A DNA stretch of 64,000 bases, taken from NCBI GenBank assembly GCA_040390045.1, contig JAZJZC010000003.1, positions 115 to 64,114 on the forward strand, written 5' to 3'. Position numbers and translations under genes: made by a program. A model generated the notes under the pieces. The model searched no databases, was not told where the DNA came from, and saw only the letters and a list, made by a program, of their open reading frames with translations. Positions 28,814 to 38,649 of this stretch are shown in pieces (positions within the stretch are counted from its first letter, which is position 1; the number at the start of each line of letters is the position of its first letter). The DNA is from Patescibacteria group bacterium (GTDB taxonomy: Bacteria; Patescibacteriota; Minisyncoccia; Phycocordibacterales; SIBU01).

Positions 28814-30631
28814 ATGGGACTATTTGATATTTTTAAGAAAAAAGAAAAACTTCCCGACATTGCGTCAATTTTGCCACAAGAAATTTATGCTGCCGGTGTG
28901 TTGGAATTGAAAGATATCATCGCACCGTCGGCGCTCAAGGTCAGCCCACGGACGCTGAACCTGGGAGAAAAAATTGTCAGAACTTTTTTTGTGATTTCCT
29001 ACCCACGATTTCTATCAGCTGGTTGGTTTTCACCGATTATCAACCTCGACAAAGTGTTTGATATTTCAATCTTCATTCATCCGATTGACACAGCGGTAGT
29101 CTTGCGACAATTCCAGAAAAAGGTAGCCGAGGTGCAAAGCCAAATTGCTACGAGAGAGAAAAAAGGGCTTGTCCGCGACCCAATGCTTGATACGGCATAT
29201 CACGATCTCGAAAGTCTCCGTGATAACTTGATGCAAGCTCAAGAAAAATTGTTTGATGTCGGTCTCTATATTTCCATTTACGCCGACAGCGATGCTGAAC
29301 TCGACAAAATCGAATCGGAAATAAAATCCCTACTCGAATCAAAATTAATTTATTTAAAACCGGCGCTCTTCCAACAGGAACAGGCATTTCGAAGTGTTAT
29401 TCCTATGGCTCAAGATGAACTCATGATCCATTCAAAGCTAAATTCGTCTCCGCTTTCTTCGTTGTTTCCGTTTACGTCTTTCGATCTTACGTCAGACAAA
29501 GGAATTCTCTATGGCATTAACCGCCACAACTCATCACTGGTCCTTTTTGATCGTTTCAGTTTGGAAAACTATAACTCAATTACGTTCGCCAAATCTGGTT
29601 CCGGAAAAAGTTACAACACTAAATTGGAAATTTTGAGAACCTTGATGTTTGATACTGAGGTCATTGTCATCGACCCTGAACGCGAATATGAATACATGGC
29701 GGAAGCCACGGGAGGGAAGTACTTTACGATTTCGCTCAACTCAAATCATCACATCAACCCGTTTGATCTACCGATCCCGCGAGAAGATGAATCGGCCACG
29801 GATGTCCTTCGCTCAAACATCATCAACCTAGTTGGTCTTTTCAGAATTATGCTCGGCGGTCTTTCTGCCGAAGAAGACGCTTTGATTGACCGCGCCATTA
29901 GCGAAACCTATGCTCTTAAAGACATCACGCCTGACTCGGATTTTAAAAATATCGAGCCGCCTCTGCTTTCAGATTTTGAACTGGTGCTTGCCGGTATGGA
30001 AGGCGCGGAGTCTTTGGTGCAACGTTTGAGTAAATATACTCGTGGCACTTGGGCTGGTTTTATCAATAGACCTTCAAACATCGACATCGATAGTAAATTT
30101 ATTGTCTTCTCTCTTCGCGATATGGAAGACGAATTGAAACCAGTCGCCATGTATATCGTCATGCACTATATCTGGAATGCAATCCGCAAAAATTTACGCA
30201 AACGTTTGCTTGTCATCGACGAGGCGTGGTGGATGATGAAATCAGAAGACACGGCATCATTTCTCCTTGGGCTCGCCAAGCGAGGACGAAAATATTTCCT
30301 CGGCCTTTCCACCATCACACAAGACGTGGACGACTTTTTGAAATCCCCTTACGGCTTGCCGATTATTACCAACTCGTCGATCCAAATGCTTCTCAAGCAG
30401 TCGCCGTCCTCAATCGATAAAATTCAAAAAGTGTTCAGCTTAACTGATGAAGAAAAATATTTATTACTCGAATCCGATGTTGGAGAGGGAATTTTCTTTG
30501 TTGGACTAAAACACGTGGCTATAAAAGTGATTGCTTCATACACCGAAGATCAGATTATCACTTCGGATCCATCACAATTACTCGCCATCAAAAAGGCGAA
30601 GAAGGAGCTTGAGGCAGGACAGACCACGTAA
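28814..30631 (+). CDS. virB4: VirB4-like secretion/conjugation ATPase
   Basis: AKSGSGKS, VIDPEREY, INPFDL, LLVIDEAW, KRGRKY...TITQDVDDF. Confidence 0.9.
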   Translation: MGLFDIFKKKEKLPDIASILPQEIYAAGVLELKDIIAPSALKVSPRTLNLGEKIVRTFFVISYPRFLSAGWFSPIINLDKVFDISIFIHPIDTAVVLRQFQKKVAEVQSQIATREKKGLVRDPMLDTAYHDLESLRDNLMQAQEKLFDVGLYISIYADSDAELDKIESEIKSLLESKLIYLKPALFQQEQAFRSVIPMAQDELMIHSKLNSSPLSSLFPFTSFDLTSDKGILYGINRHNSSLVLFDRFSLENYNSITFAKSGSGKSYNTKLEILRTLMFDTEVIVIDPEREYEYMAEATGGKYFTISLNSNHHINPFDLPIPREDESATDVLRSNIINLVGLFRIMLGGLSAEEDALIDRAISETYALKDITPDSDFKNIEPPLLSDFELVLAGMEGAESLVQRLSKYTRGTWAGFINRPSNIDIDSKFIVFSLRDMEDELKPVAMYIVMHYIWNAIRKNLRKRLLVIDEAWWMMKSEDTASFLLGLAKRGRKYFLGLSTITQDVDDFLKSPYGLPIITNSSIQMLLKQSPSSIDKIQKVFSLTDEEKYLLLESDVGEGIFFVGLKHVAIKVIASYTEDQIITSDPSQLLAIKKAKKELEAGQTT

Positions 30632-30637
30632 CACATA

Positions 30638-30695
30638 GCATGGAACATGTAACAGAATAGCTTTGTATCCATGATTCATGTTGCGTGCTCCATGT
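30638..30695 (+). repeat. Inverted heptamer-repeat element (CATGGAA family) between virB4 and the next gene
   Basis: GCATGGAACATGTAACAGAAT pairs with ATTCATGTTGCGTGCTCCATGT using U-G wobbles on the + strand. Confidence 0.65.
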
Positions 30696-30710
30696 TTCAT
30701 TTTTTAATCT

Positions 30711-31727
30711 ATGGCTGAAAAAGAACCAGAAAAAATTTCTCAAAAAGACAAAATTTCCGGCACTGAGTGGGGGATGGTGCTTGGGGTTCTTTTGATTGTT
30801 GATCTGGTCCAATTTGCACTCGACTGGATAGGAATTCCTTTTATTGGGAACCTAGGAACAGTTCTAAATCGATTCATTGATATCGGGGTTGCCCTTGGTT
30901 GGTCTACATACCTATATTTACGCGGGATTACGATGGAAACCAAAAAAATTGGTAGTATTATATTGACCTTTTTCTTTGAGGAGATACCGAGCATTGACGC
31001 TTTCCCGTTTTGGACTGCTGACGGGGCCTTTATTTACTTTTCAGTAAAAGCTGAGAAGCAAGTGCAGGCGGTGGCGGCAGTGGGAGTAGCGGTGGCGGCA
31101 GTAGCCCTTGCTCCGGAAACTGGCGGCGCGTCTCTTGCAGCAGAGGGAGTAGTAGCTGCTGATGTCGCAGCTGAAGGTGGAGCTGTAGCCGAGGAGGCAG
31201 CAGAGGGAGTAACTGGAGTGGCAGAAACCGTTCATGGTGCCGAGGAGGGTTTGGAAATGTCAGATGCCTATGCGGACGAAATGGGACAAGAAAGTGACGC
31301 TCGTGACAATCAAACCGAGCCCGAAACTGAACACTTAGAGGAAGATAGTGGAACGGGTGACGAAAACCATGACCTTTCGGATGAAGAGAATGACGAGATG
31401 GGAAGACAGTCTGACGAACAATCGAAAGAAAACAAAACACCAGAAGAAGAGGAAGAAACCAGTAAAAAAAAGAAGAGGGAATCTGAGAAAGGGTCTCGGG
31501 AATCGCTTTTGGGTGGTGGACAAACAGGAAAACCTGGTGAAATTGGTGGCAATCGAAACAATCTCGACCTCCGCGGCAGTGCCGCTTATGGGGAAAGAAG
31601 GAAAAAAGAAAGAGAGCTTGGTGCACTTCAAAATGTCACTGATTTAACCATGTCGTACAAACAAAGAAAAGAGGGAAGGAAAGATAATAGTAAAATTAAA
31701 GACGATGAAACTTCACTTGCTGAATAA
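30711..31727 (+). CDS. Membrane protein with APETGGASLA segment and acidic disordered tail
   Basis: N-terminal TM helices, Ala/Val/Gly-rich stretch, D/E-rich C-terminus. Confidence 0.75.
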   Translation: MAEKEPEKISQKDKISGTEWGMVLGVLLIVDLVQFALDWIGIPFIGNLGTVLNRFIDIGVALGWSTYLYLRGITMETKKIGSIILTFFFEEIPSIDAFPFWTADGAFIYFSVKAEKQVQAVAAVGVAVAAVALAPETGGASLAAEGVVAADVAAEGGAVAEEAAEGVTGVAETVHGAEEGLEMSDAYADEMGQESDARDNQTEPETEHLEEDSGTGDENHDLSDEENDEMGRQSDEQSKENKTPEEEEETSKKKKRESEKGSRESLLGGGQTGKPGEIGGNRNNLDLRGSAAYGERRKKERELGALQNVTDLTMSYKQRKEGRKDNSKIKDDETSLAE

Positions 31728-31771
31728 GCGGTACTAGTATCAGTAAAACTTGTGGTAAAATGTAATCACTT

Positions 31772-32788
31772 ATGAAATATCTCAACTTCATATTTTTATT
31801 GGCAATGATGTTTGTCTCAGTGAGCACAGCGCATGCCCAACTTCAAAGCCTCGACAATCAGTCTGGAGGTATCATTATAAATAGCGACCCGGCGAATCCG
31901 AAGCCTCGACAGTTTGTCACCGTTACCATCCAAAGTTACACCACAGACCTCGACCGTTCCGAGGTGTCTTGGTTTGTAAATGGTGTTTTGCAAAAAAAAG
32001 CCATCGGTGAAAAAAGTTTTCTTTTTAAAACCGGCGGGCTTGGAAGTTTCTCAAATATTTTAGTCACCATCAAAACTCCAGAGGGTGAATTTCTACAATC
32101 GGTTTTAAATATCAACCCCGCGAGCCTCGACCTTATGTGGGAAGCTCAGTCCTACACACCACCTTTTTTTGAAGGTAAGGCAAGCTATCCTTTTGAAGGG
32201 TCTGTTAAAATTGTGGCGATGCCAAGTATTTCAAACGAGAATGGTGTGGCTATAAATCCAAAAACCCTCGTTTACACATGGTCAATTAACGGCGATGCTG
32301 TTTCTAAAGTTTCAGGCTATGGCAGAAATTTCATGTTTTTAGATGGCACCATACCAATAAACGCCACAACAGTTAGTGTAGAGGCCGCGACACTTGATAA
32401 AAAATACGTCGCAAAAAATTCAATTACCATAACTCCGTCTAGCTCCCAGATAATTTTGTATGAGGATAGCCCAACATTGGGAGTGTTATATAATAAAGCG
32501 CTCACAGGAAGTTTGGATCTTCAAAATCAAGAAATTCGTATCGCAAGCATTCCTTTCTTTTTAAGTGCTAAAAACCGCGAAGACGGAACCTTGAAATACG
32601 AATGGACCCAAAACGACCAGCAGGTAAACAGCAGTGACACCAGCAGTCTTTCTTTCAAACAATCCGGAGGTGCCGCAGGTAATGCGCTTATTGGTGTCCA
32701 AGTTAGCCACTTGACCAAAATTCTTCAGTTTGTACATAGTGGGCTTTCTATTAATTTTGGTCAATCAGTCTCTGGAGGCGTTTTTTAA
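31772..32788 (+). CDS. Secreted Ig/PKD-like beta protein
   Basis: Signal peptide ending AHA; repeated W-x-x-N(G/D) motifs (VSWFVNG, YTWSING, YEWTQND). Confidence 0.7.
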   Translation: MKYLNFIFLLAMMFVSVSTAHAQLQSLDNQSGGIIINSDPANPKPRQFVTVTIQSYTTDLDRSEVSWFVNGVLQKKAIGEKSFLFKTGGLGSFSNILVTIKTPEGEFLQSVLNINPASLDLMWEAQSYTPPFFEGKASYPFEGSVKIVAMPSISNENGVAINPKTLVYTWSINGDAVSKVSGYGRNFMFLDGTIPINATTVSVEAATLDKKYVAKNSITITPSSSQIILYEDSPTLGVLYNKALTGSLDLQNQEIRIASIPFFLSAKNREDGTLKYEWTQNDQQVNSSDTSSLSFKQSGGAAGNALIGVQVSHLTKILQFVHSGLSINFGQSVSGGVF

Positions 32789-32794
32789 AGCACA

Positions 32795-33781
32795 ATGTTT
32801 ACTACACTCAAAAAAATCTTTTCGGTTCAAAGCGCTCTGTCAATTTTAATACTATTTTTTTTCTTGGCTCCCCTTATCTCGTACTCTCTTGATTACGTAC
32901 CCCTTGCGGAGATTCCCGGAACCGTAAGCAACGCTACTGGTGGCACAACACTTTCAACGTACCTTACGGGAATATTCAGAGCTGGTATTGTTATGGCGGG
33001 AGTTTTAGCCTTCCTAATGATTGTGATTGGAGGATTCCAGTATCTATCAACTGACGCCATGACAGGAAAAGAGGAGGGAAAGGTACGAATAGAGCGCGCA
33101 GTTGGGGGGCTTCTCTTGGCCCTTGCCTCGTATATTATTCTCTACACGATCAACCCAGACTTGGTAAGTCTTAATTTAACCTTAAGCGGCACAAGGCCCG
33201 CCTCAGATGTGGGTAGGCCACCAGATCTCATCTCAGCTGAAAGTGCGGCCCTAGACAGGGCCGCTTCAGAGATCAACAAAAACCGACAAGCGACACGTGA
33301 CGAGGCAACGAAACTTGACGAAGCGGTTGGTGTGTACCGAGCCCAAAGAGAAGCTATTTTGAAAGAGATCGCTGCAGGGGACAACTCCCACATCGCTCAA
33401 TTTAATGAGTTGCAACAAAAAATTGTCATCAACCAAACTGACGCTCAGGCAATCCGTGACTATGGTAGCGCAAAAAATGGAATTTTACTGAAAACAACAT
33501 CGGCTATCAGCGAGGGCGCCCAAGCACAAAATTCTGTGGGAGGAATTTATGCCCGATGGATAGGTGGTGCAGCGCCAGCCGAACTTGAAGATCACCTAGA
33601 TGCCATCGACCTAAGTGTCAATACTGCAACGGCGAAATTAAACCGGGAAATAGAGACGGCAAGAACAATCAATAACCCTGAACTCGCCGCAAAGTACACT
33701 GCATGGCTTGATGAAATTAAGGCCTACGCTGCCACATCAAAGACCCAGATTACTAGTGCATATAATCCACCGCGACCATAA
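32795..33781 (+). CDS. T4SS pilin-like (TrbC/VirB2-type) protein with helical extension
   Basis: AGVLAFLMIVIGGFQYL...GKVRIERAVGGLLLALASYIILYTINPDL. Confidence 0.8.
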   Translation: MFTTLKKIFSVQSALSILILFFFLAPLISYSLDYVPLAEIPGTVSNATGGTTLSTYLTGIFRAGIVMAGVLAFLMIVIGGFQYLSTDAMTGKEEGKVRIERAVGGLLLALASYIILYTINPDLVSLNLTLSGTRPASDVGRPPDLISAESAALDRAASEINKNRQATRDEATKLDEAVGVYRAQREAILKEIAAGDNSHIAQFNELQQKIVINQTDAQAIRDYGSAKNGILLKTTSAISEGAQAQNSVGGIYARWIGGAAPAELEDHLDAIDLSVNTATAKLNREIETARTINNPELAAKYTAWLDEIKAYAATSKTQITSAYNPPRP

Positions 33782-33783
33782 CT

Positions 33784-35049
33784 ATGTCCAAAAAAACCGC
33801 CATTGCCATAATCGTTTTTCTTGTCCTGCTCATCGCTGGTGGCTTTTTGGCTTTTTATTTTTACTTTAATCGTGGTACGGGCAACGACATCATCCCCGCA
33901 ACAAACACACCGGTTACAAGTATTTTTCCTTCGAGTAACGTCGGGGGCTCAAACAGTGGAAACAACGGGGGTAACAATACTTCAGCAAGTACTACAATTA
34001 GCGGAAACCAGAATCAATCTAACTCTCTGCCGATGCCGGTTCTTAAACAACTATCTATTCGTCCAAGTGCTGGGGCTGTTGTTATCGCCACCACCTCTCC
34101 GGTTGTACTAGTAAATTTTATTGAAAAGGGGACGGGAAATGTCTACCAGGTCAGCCCAGAAAACAATCTTGAAATTCGACTTTCCAATACCACCATACCA
34201 AAAATCCAAGAGGCGCTCTGGAACAAAACAGGTTCACAGGTGATCACTCGGTACACTACTTCAGATGAAGTTGATTCGATCAAATCCTACAGCGGCTTTC
34301 TGTTGCCGAAATCGGCCGACAATCCCGATGGCGCGCTTACAGGATATTTTCTTTCAGAAAATATTAGAGCCATGGTTAAAAATCCAGACCAAAACAAAAT
34401 CTTCTATTTACTACCGACGTCATCTGGTAGCACCGGCATCATCGCCGATTTCGATGGCAGCAAAAAAACCCAAATTTTTGACTCCCTTCTAAAGGAATGG
34501 CTCGTTGACTGGACATCACCAAATATCATTTCCCTCAACACCAAGCCATCTGCTGGAGTTCCAGGCTACTTATTTCTTCTGAATACCAAAACCGGCGGCC
34601 TCTCACGGGCGATCACTGGTATTAAAGGACTGACCTCCAAAGTCAGCCCGACTGGGAACATCATCTTGTACTCAGAAAGCGCTGATGGAGCGCTCTCATT
34701 AAAAATCTACAATCTTAAAACGGGTACAACATTAGAAACTCCCGTTGCGACCTTGGCAGAAAAGTGTGTTTGGTCAAGCAATAATTCCGACATCTTCTAC
34801 TGTGCAGTACCAACGTATGTTCCACCCGGCAACTTTCCGGATGACTGGTACAAAGGCCTGGTACTCTTTTCAGATGAGATCTGGAGAATAGACAGCACCA
34901 CAGGAACTGGAGAACTGATAGCTGATCCCACAAACCTTACTAAAGAACAAATTGACGGCGTAAACCTATCTCTAAGTCCAAAAGAGGATTACCTGCTATT
35001 TACTAATAAAAAAGATTTTCATTTGTGGAGTTTGCGGTTACAACAATAA
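33784..35049 (+). CDS. Membrane-anchored beta-propeller-like protein
   Basis: N-terminal TM, low-complexity linker, TolB-like repeats (SPTG...LYS; LSPKEDYLLF). Confidence 0.7.
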   Translation: MSKKTAIAIIVFLVLLIAGGFLAFYFYFNRGTGNDIIPATNTPVTSIFPSSNVGGSNSGNNGGNNTSASTTISGNQNQSNSLPMPVLKQLSIRPSAGAVVIATTSPVVLVNFIEKGTGNVYQVSPENNLEIRLSNTTIPKIQEALWNKTGSQVITRYTTSDEVDSIKSYSGFLLPKSADNPDGALTGYFLSENIRAMVKNPDQNKIFYLLPTSSGSTGIIADFDGSKKTQIFDSLLKEWLVDWTSPNIISLNTKPSAGVPGYLFLLNTKTGGLSRAITGIKGLTSKVSPTGNIILYSESADGALSLKIYNLKTGTTLETPVATLAEKCVWSSNNSDIFYCAVPTYVPPGNFPDDWYKGLVLFSDEIWRIDSTTGTGELIADPTNLTKEQIDGVNLSLSPKEDYLLFTNKKDFHLWSLRLQQ

Positions 35050-35050
35050 C

Positions 35051-35190
35051 TCGATACGAAAATACCTTTTACCCTCCGATACGAAATACGGACAAACGAA
35101 AATACGAAATTATACGAAAACCGTAGCGGTGGTAGAAAGTTTTCGTATTTTTTCGTATGTTCGTACTCACCATTCGTATTTTCGTATCGA
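35051..35190. repeat. Empty copy of the GxxExxY-type inverted repeat element between convergent genes
   Basis: TCGATACGAAAATAC (35051-35065) is identical to 27642-27656 and pairs perfectly with 35176-35190. Confidence 0.8.
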
Positions 35191-35652
35191 CTAGGCGACA
35201 TATTTAATCACAACGCGCCGTTGCGCCCCTTCGCCACGAGACTCAGTTTTAATATCTTTTTGACCATCGAGAAATGAGTGAACCTGCATTCGTTCGTAAG
35301 AAGACATCGGGTCAAGTTCGACATCAACCTTAAACGATCGTGCTCGATCAGACATAATTTTTACTTTAGCTTTCAGGTGTTCGAGCGCTTTATCTTGATA
35401 GCCATTAACATCAACTACAAACTTTACAGGAGTTCCCGTCGGGGAAGTTTTTTTTGAAATAACCCTACGAATAATGTAATTAAGCGCACCGAGATGCTCT
35501 CCTTGTGGCCCAATTAAAACCGAAGAATCTTTTGTGTGTATTAAAAAACGAACGTGCTTTGATTGTGAGTTTTCGATACGCTCAATTTTCTCAAAACCCA
35601 CATTCATAAAGGTTAAAAACTCTTTTAAGACTGCTTCTATATCCATTTCCAT
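35191..35652 (-). CDS. jag: Jag/KhpB-like KH-R3H RNA-binding protein
   Basis: LIGPQGEHLGALNY, DVNGY, PMSSYERMQVH, ESRGEG. Confidence 0.9.
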   Translation of the reverse strand: MEMDIEAVLKEFLTFMNVGFEKIERIENSQSKHVRFLIHTKDSSVLIGPQGEHLGALNYIIRRVISKKTSPTGTPVKFVVDVNGYQDKALEHLKAKVKIMSDRARSFKVDVELDPMSSYERMQVHSFLDGQKDIKTESRGEGAQRRVVIKYVA

Positions 35653-35736
35653 GATGGTATTACTATACTATATATTTTTAAAAAAACACCCAAGAATGGG
35701 CAATTTTTCAAAAAATACTGAGAATTGTGGACAATT

Positions 35737-36486
35737 TTAGGCTTTTACTTGTTCTTCGGGTGTCATTTTTGCCATATTTCGGCGAACATATAGCTCCTGA
35801 CCGATAGCAAAGAGGTTGCTGGTAATCCAATACAAAGATACCGCACCCGAAATGCTATAAGAAATAAATCCTACAAACACAGGGAGAAAGTATCGCATTT
35901 GTAAATTGAGAGTTCGAGCGAAGTCGTCTTTCATAGAAGCTCCGGAGGGGGTTTTCAATTTAGGCACTGCCGGCATAGCAAAGCGGACTTGAAAATACTG
36001 GCTAGCGGAAACTAAAATAGCTAAAATCAGGCTGCCTTTGGTAATATCGATAATGCCCAAAAAATGCATATTAACCAGCGGGCTCGAAACAAACGGGTAG
36101 AGCAGTTCAGTGCGAATGGCTGGCAAACCACCTTTATAAAAAATATAGTATAAGGTTAAAATTATCGGAATTTGGATAATAGTCAAAAAGAAAGTCGTAA
36201 AGGGATTAACGTTTTTTTCTTTGTACAAAGCAAGCGTCGCTCGAGTATGAGCCTCGCGATCATCTTTATGCAACTCTTTGAGACGTGCGATTTCTCCTTC
36301 CAAGGTTTTCATCTTTATCTGAGTAACCGTGGCTTTTTGGGAAAGAGGGAAGAGGGCGAGCTTGACGAGAAAGGTCAAAATAACCACCGCGATGCCAGCG
36401 TCAGCCCACGGCAAAATATCCATAAGAAAAACCAAGCCGTTGTATAAAGGTTGGTAGACAATGAGGGTGAAAATATGAGTTATCAT
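35737..36486 (-). CDS. yidC: Membrane protein insertase YidC/Oxa1
   Basis: LYKEKNVNPF...IQIPI; SLYWITSNLFAIGQE. Confidence 0.95.
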   Translation of the reverse strand: MITHIFTLIVYQPLYNGLVFLMDILPWADAGIAVVILTFLVKLALFPLSQKATVTQIKMKTLEGEIARLKELHKDDREAHTRATLALYKEKNVNPFTTFFLTIIQIPIILTLYYIFYKGGLPAIRTELLYPFVSSPLVNMHFLGIIDITKGSLILAILVSASQYFQVRFAMPAVPKLKTPSGASMKDDFARTLNLQMRYFLPVFVGFISYSISGAVSLYWITSNLFAIGQELYVRRNMAKMTPEEQVKA

Positions 36487-36544
36487 TTTGAATACTATAG
36501 CGTATTTTGGACCCGCGCGCCAACAAAAGAGACCTGCCTAGTAC

Positions 36545-36883
36545 TTAACCTGTGATTGCTGCTTTTTTAAAAACAGCCTCAATCTCGGTTTTTAATTTTT
36601 CTATAGGATCCTTCGCAATCTTCTTCTTTAAAAAGAAAACTGCTTGCAATCCTGACTTTGCTTTGGAAAGGTACGGGCGTATCAGAGCATACATTCTCCT
36701 TTTCATAAAATTTCTTTGAACTGCACGTTTCTCGATTTTTTTAGAAACAACCACTGAAAACCGAGCTGGCTGGCTACCTAAGGACACCGTTCGCAATGAA
36801 AAGCTCTCCGAGTGAAAGCTTTTGCCTTTTTCTAAAATATCCTTGAAGAGGCGAGTGCCCACTTTTCTATTAGAAGGAATCAT
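36545..36883 (-). CDS. rnpA: Ribonuclease P protein component
   Basis: RFSVVVSKKIEKRAVQRNFMKRR; lies between rpmH and yidC. Confidence 0.93.
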   Translation of the reverse strand: MIPSNRKVGTRLFKDILEKGKSFHSESFSLRTVSLGSQPARFSVVVSKKIEKRAVQRNFMKRRMYALIRPYLSKAKSGLQAVFFLKKKIAKDPIEKLKTEIEAVFKKAAITG

Positions 36884-36887
36884 AGTT

Positions 36888-36963
36888 AAATACAAAATAC
36901 TAATGGATACGAATATACAAATTCTCTCATTTGTACCTTTGTACTGATTTGTATTTCGTATTT
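36888..36963 (-). repeat. Inverted repeat element bridging the rpmH stop and the rnpA start
   Basis: Minus strand AAATACGAAATAC...GTATTTTGTATTT, 13 bp with one G-U in the mRNA sense. Confidence 0.75.
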
Positions 36964-36965
36964 CC

Positions 36966-37100
36966 TTAAACCGAGAGCTTTTTGCGGCCCTTCTGTCGTC
37001 GGCTACTCAAAACCTTTTTACCTCCGTGCTTTCTTTGGCGAGCCAAAAAACCGTGAGTTCTAGCTCTCTTTTTCTTTTTTGGTTTGTAGGTGAATGACAT
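36966..37100 (-). CDS. rpmH: 50S ribosomal protein L34 (not in ORF track)
   Basis: [44 protein letters not shown]. Confidence 0.97.
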   Translation of the reverse strand: MSFTYKPKKKKRARTHGFLARQRKHGGKKVLSSRRQKGRKKLSV

Positions 37101-37107
37101 ATGGGTT

Positions 37108-37198
37108 CATAGAACATGTATCACAGAACATGGAACACCTGAAGAAAACACACTCTGTTTTTCTTATGCTCCATGCTGTATGTTACGTGTTGCGTGTT
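37108..37198. repeat. Inverted heptamer-repeat element (CATGGAA family) upstream of rpmH
   Basis: AGAACATGTATCACAGAACATGGAACA...TGCTCCATGCTGTATGTTACGTGTT; resembles 30638-30695. Confidence 0.6.
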
Positions 37199-37207
37199 AT
37201 TAACATC

Positions 37208-37246
37208 TTATGCACACATTATAAACATATCCGGGCCCTTTCCACA
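37208..37246. other. DnaA-box cluster upstream of dnaA (left part of oriC)
   Basis: TTATGCACA 37208, TTATAAACA 37219, CTTTCCACA 37238. Confidence 0.6.
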
Positions 37247-37302
37247 AGCTACCCAAAAATTAATTAGGTATATAATGAACCCACTAAAAACTTTTAAAAA
37301 TA

Positions 37303-38649
37303 ATGGAAAACGAACAGCTTTGGAACAATGTTTTGCTAGAAATTGAATTGGCTGTTTCTAAAGCCAACTTTAATACGTGGTTTAAAGACACTCGCATCCT
37401 AAAACAGGAGGAGGGGGTAGTGTTTATTTCTGTGCCTAACGCTTTCGCAAAAGACTGGCTTTTTAACAAATACCATAAGACTGTTTTGAAGTCCCTACGG
37501 ACCCTGGCGGAAAATGTTCGAGCTCTTGAGTACGTTATAGCCAAAGATGATGGCAAACGAAGAGAGGTTGAGCCGGTGAGAAGCCCGAGTGCAAGCCCCG
37601 CTGCACAATTACCACTTCAAGATTTTTACATCGACAAAGATAACAACTTAAACCCAAAATACACCTTCGAATCCTTTGTTGTTGGACCTTTCAACGAACT
37701 TGCGCACGCAGCGGCTCAGGCGGTTGCTAAAAAACCTGGTAGCGCCTACAACCCTTTGTTTATCTACGGCAACACCGGCCACGGAAAAACTCACCTCATC
37801 CAAGCGGTAGGAAATTTCATAAAAAACCAAAACGCCGGCAAAAAAATTTTTTATGTCACCTCAGAAAAATTTGCAATTGATTACGTAAACGCCGTTCAAG
37901 TAAACAAAGTAAATCTTTTTAAGGAAAAATACCGAAAATATGACGTCCTTATCATGGACGACATTCAATTTTTCTCAAATAAAGAAAAAACTCAAGAGGA
38001 ACTTTTCCATTTGTTTAATAATCTCCACGAAAACAACAAACAAATTATATTTTCTTCTGATAAACACCCAAACTTTATACCAAACCTTGAGGACCGTTTA
38101 AAATCTCGTTTTTCCGCCGGCATGATTATTGACATTCCGACGCCTGATAGGGAATCGCGTTTAGCTATTCTTAAAACGAAAGCTCTTCTATCATCCGTTC
38201 ATATCGCTGACGACGTTTTAGAACACCTAGCCACTGCTATCGAGGGAAACATTCGCGAGCTTGAGGGAATGCTAAATGTTTTGGTCTGTCAATCACAACT
38301 GAAAGGTAAGGAACTTGGCTTAAGTGAAGTGAGAAATCTCATAAAAAATAGCTCGAAACCTAAAAAGGCTATTTCTGTAAAAGAAGTAACCAAAGCCGTG
38401 GCCAGCTTTTTTAATATTGAAGAATCAGACATCTACGAAAAAACCCGCAGGAAGGAAGTGGTGAAGCCGCGTCAGTTAGTTATGTACATTTTACGAGAAG
38501 ATTTTCGAATTTCTTATCCTTTAATCGGGCAGAAGCTCGGTGGACGCGATCACACAACCGTCATTCACTCCTGTGAGAAAATAAAAGAGGAGTTAAAATC
38601 AAATCCGGCCTTAATTCAAGAGATTGATCAGATCCGAACACTGCTTTAA
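37303..38649 (+). CDS. dnaA: Chromosomal replication initiator DnaA
   Basis: YNPLFIYGNTGHGKTHL, DDIQF, QEELFHLFN, GGRDHTTVIH. Confidence 0.99.
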   Translation: MENEQLWNNVLLEIELAVSKANFNTWFKDTRILKQEEGVVFISVPNAFAKDWLFNKYHKTVLKSLRTLAENVRALEYVIAKDDGKRREVEPVRSPSASPAAQLPLQDFYIDKDNNLNPKYTFESFVVGPFNELAHAAAQAVAKKPGSAYNPLFIYGNTGHGKTHLIQAVGNFIKNQNAGKKIFYVTSEKFAIDYVNAVQVNKVNLFKEKYRKYDVLIMDDIQFFSNKEKTQEELFHLFNNLHENNKQIIFSSDKHPNFIPNLEDRLKSRFSAGMIIDIPTPDRESRLAILKTKALLSSVHIADDVLEHLATAIEGNIRELEGMLNVLVCQSQLKGKELGLSEVRNLIKNSSKPKKAISVKEVTKAVASFFNIEESDIYEKTRRKEVVKPRQLVMYILREDFRISYPLIGQKLGGRDHTTVIHSCEKIKEELKSNPALIQEIDQIRTLL

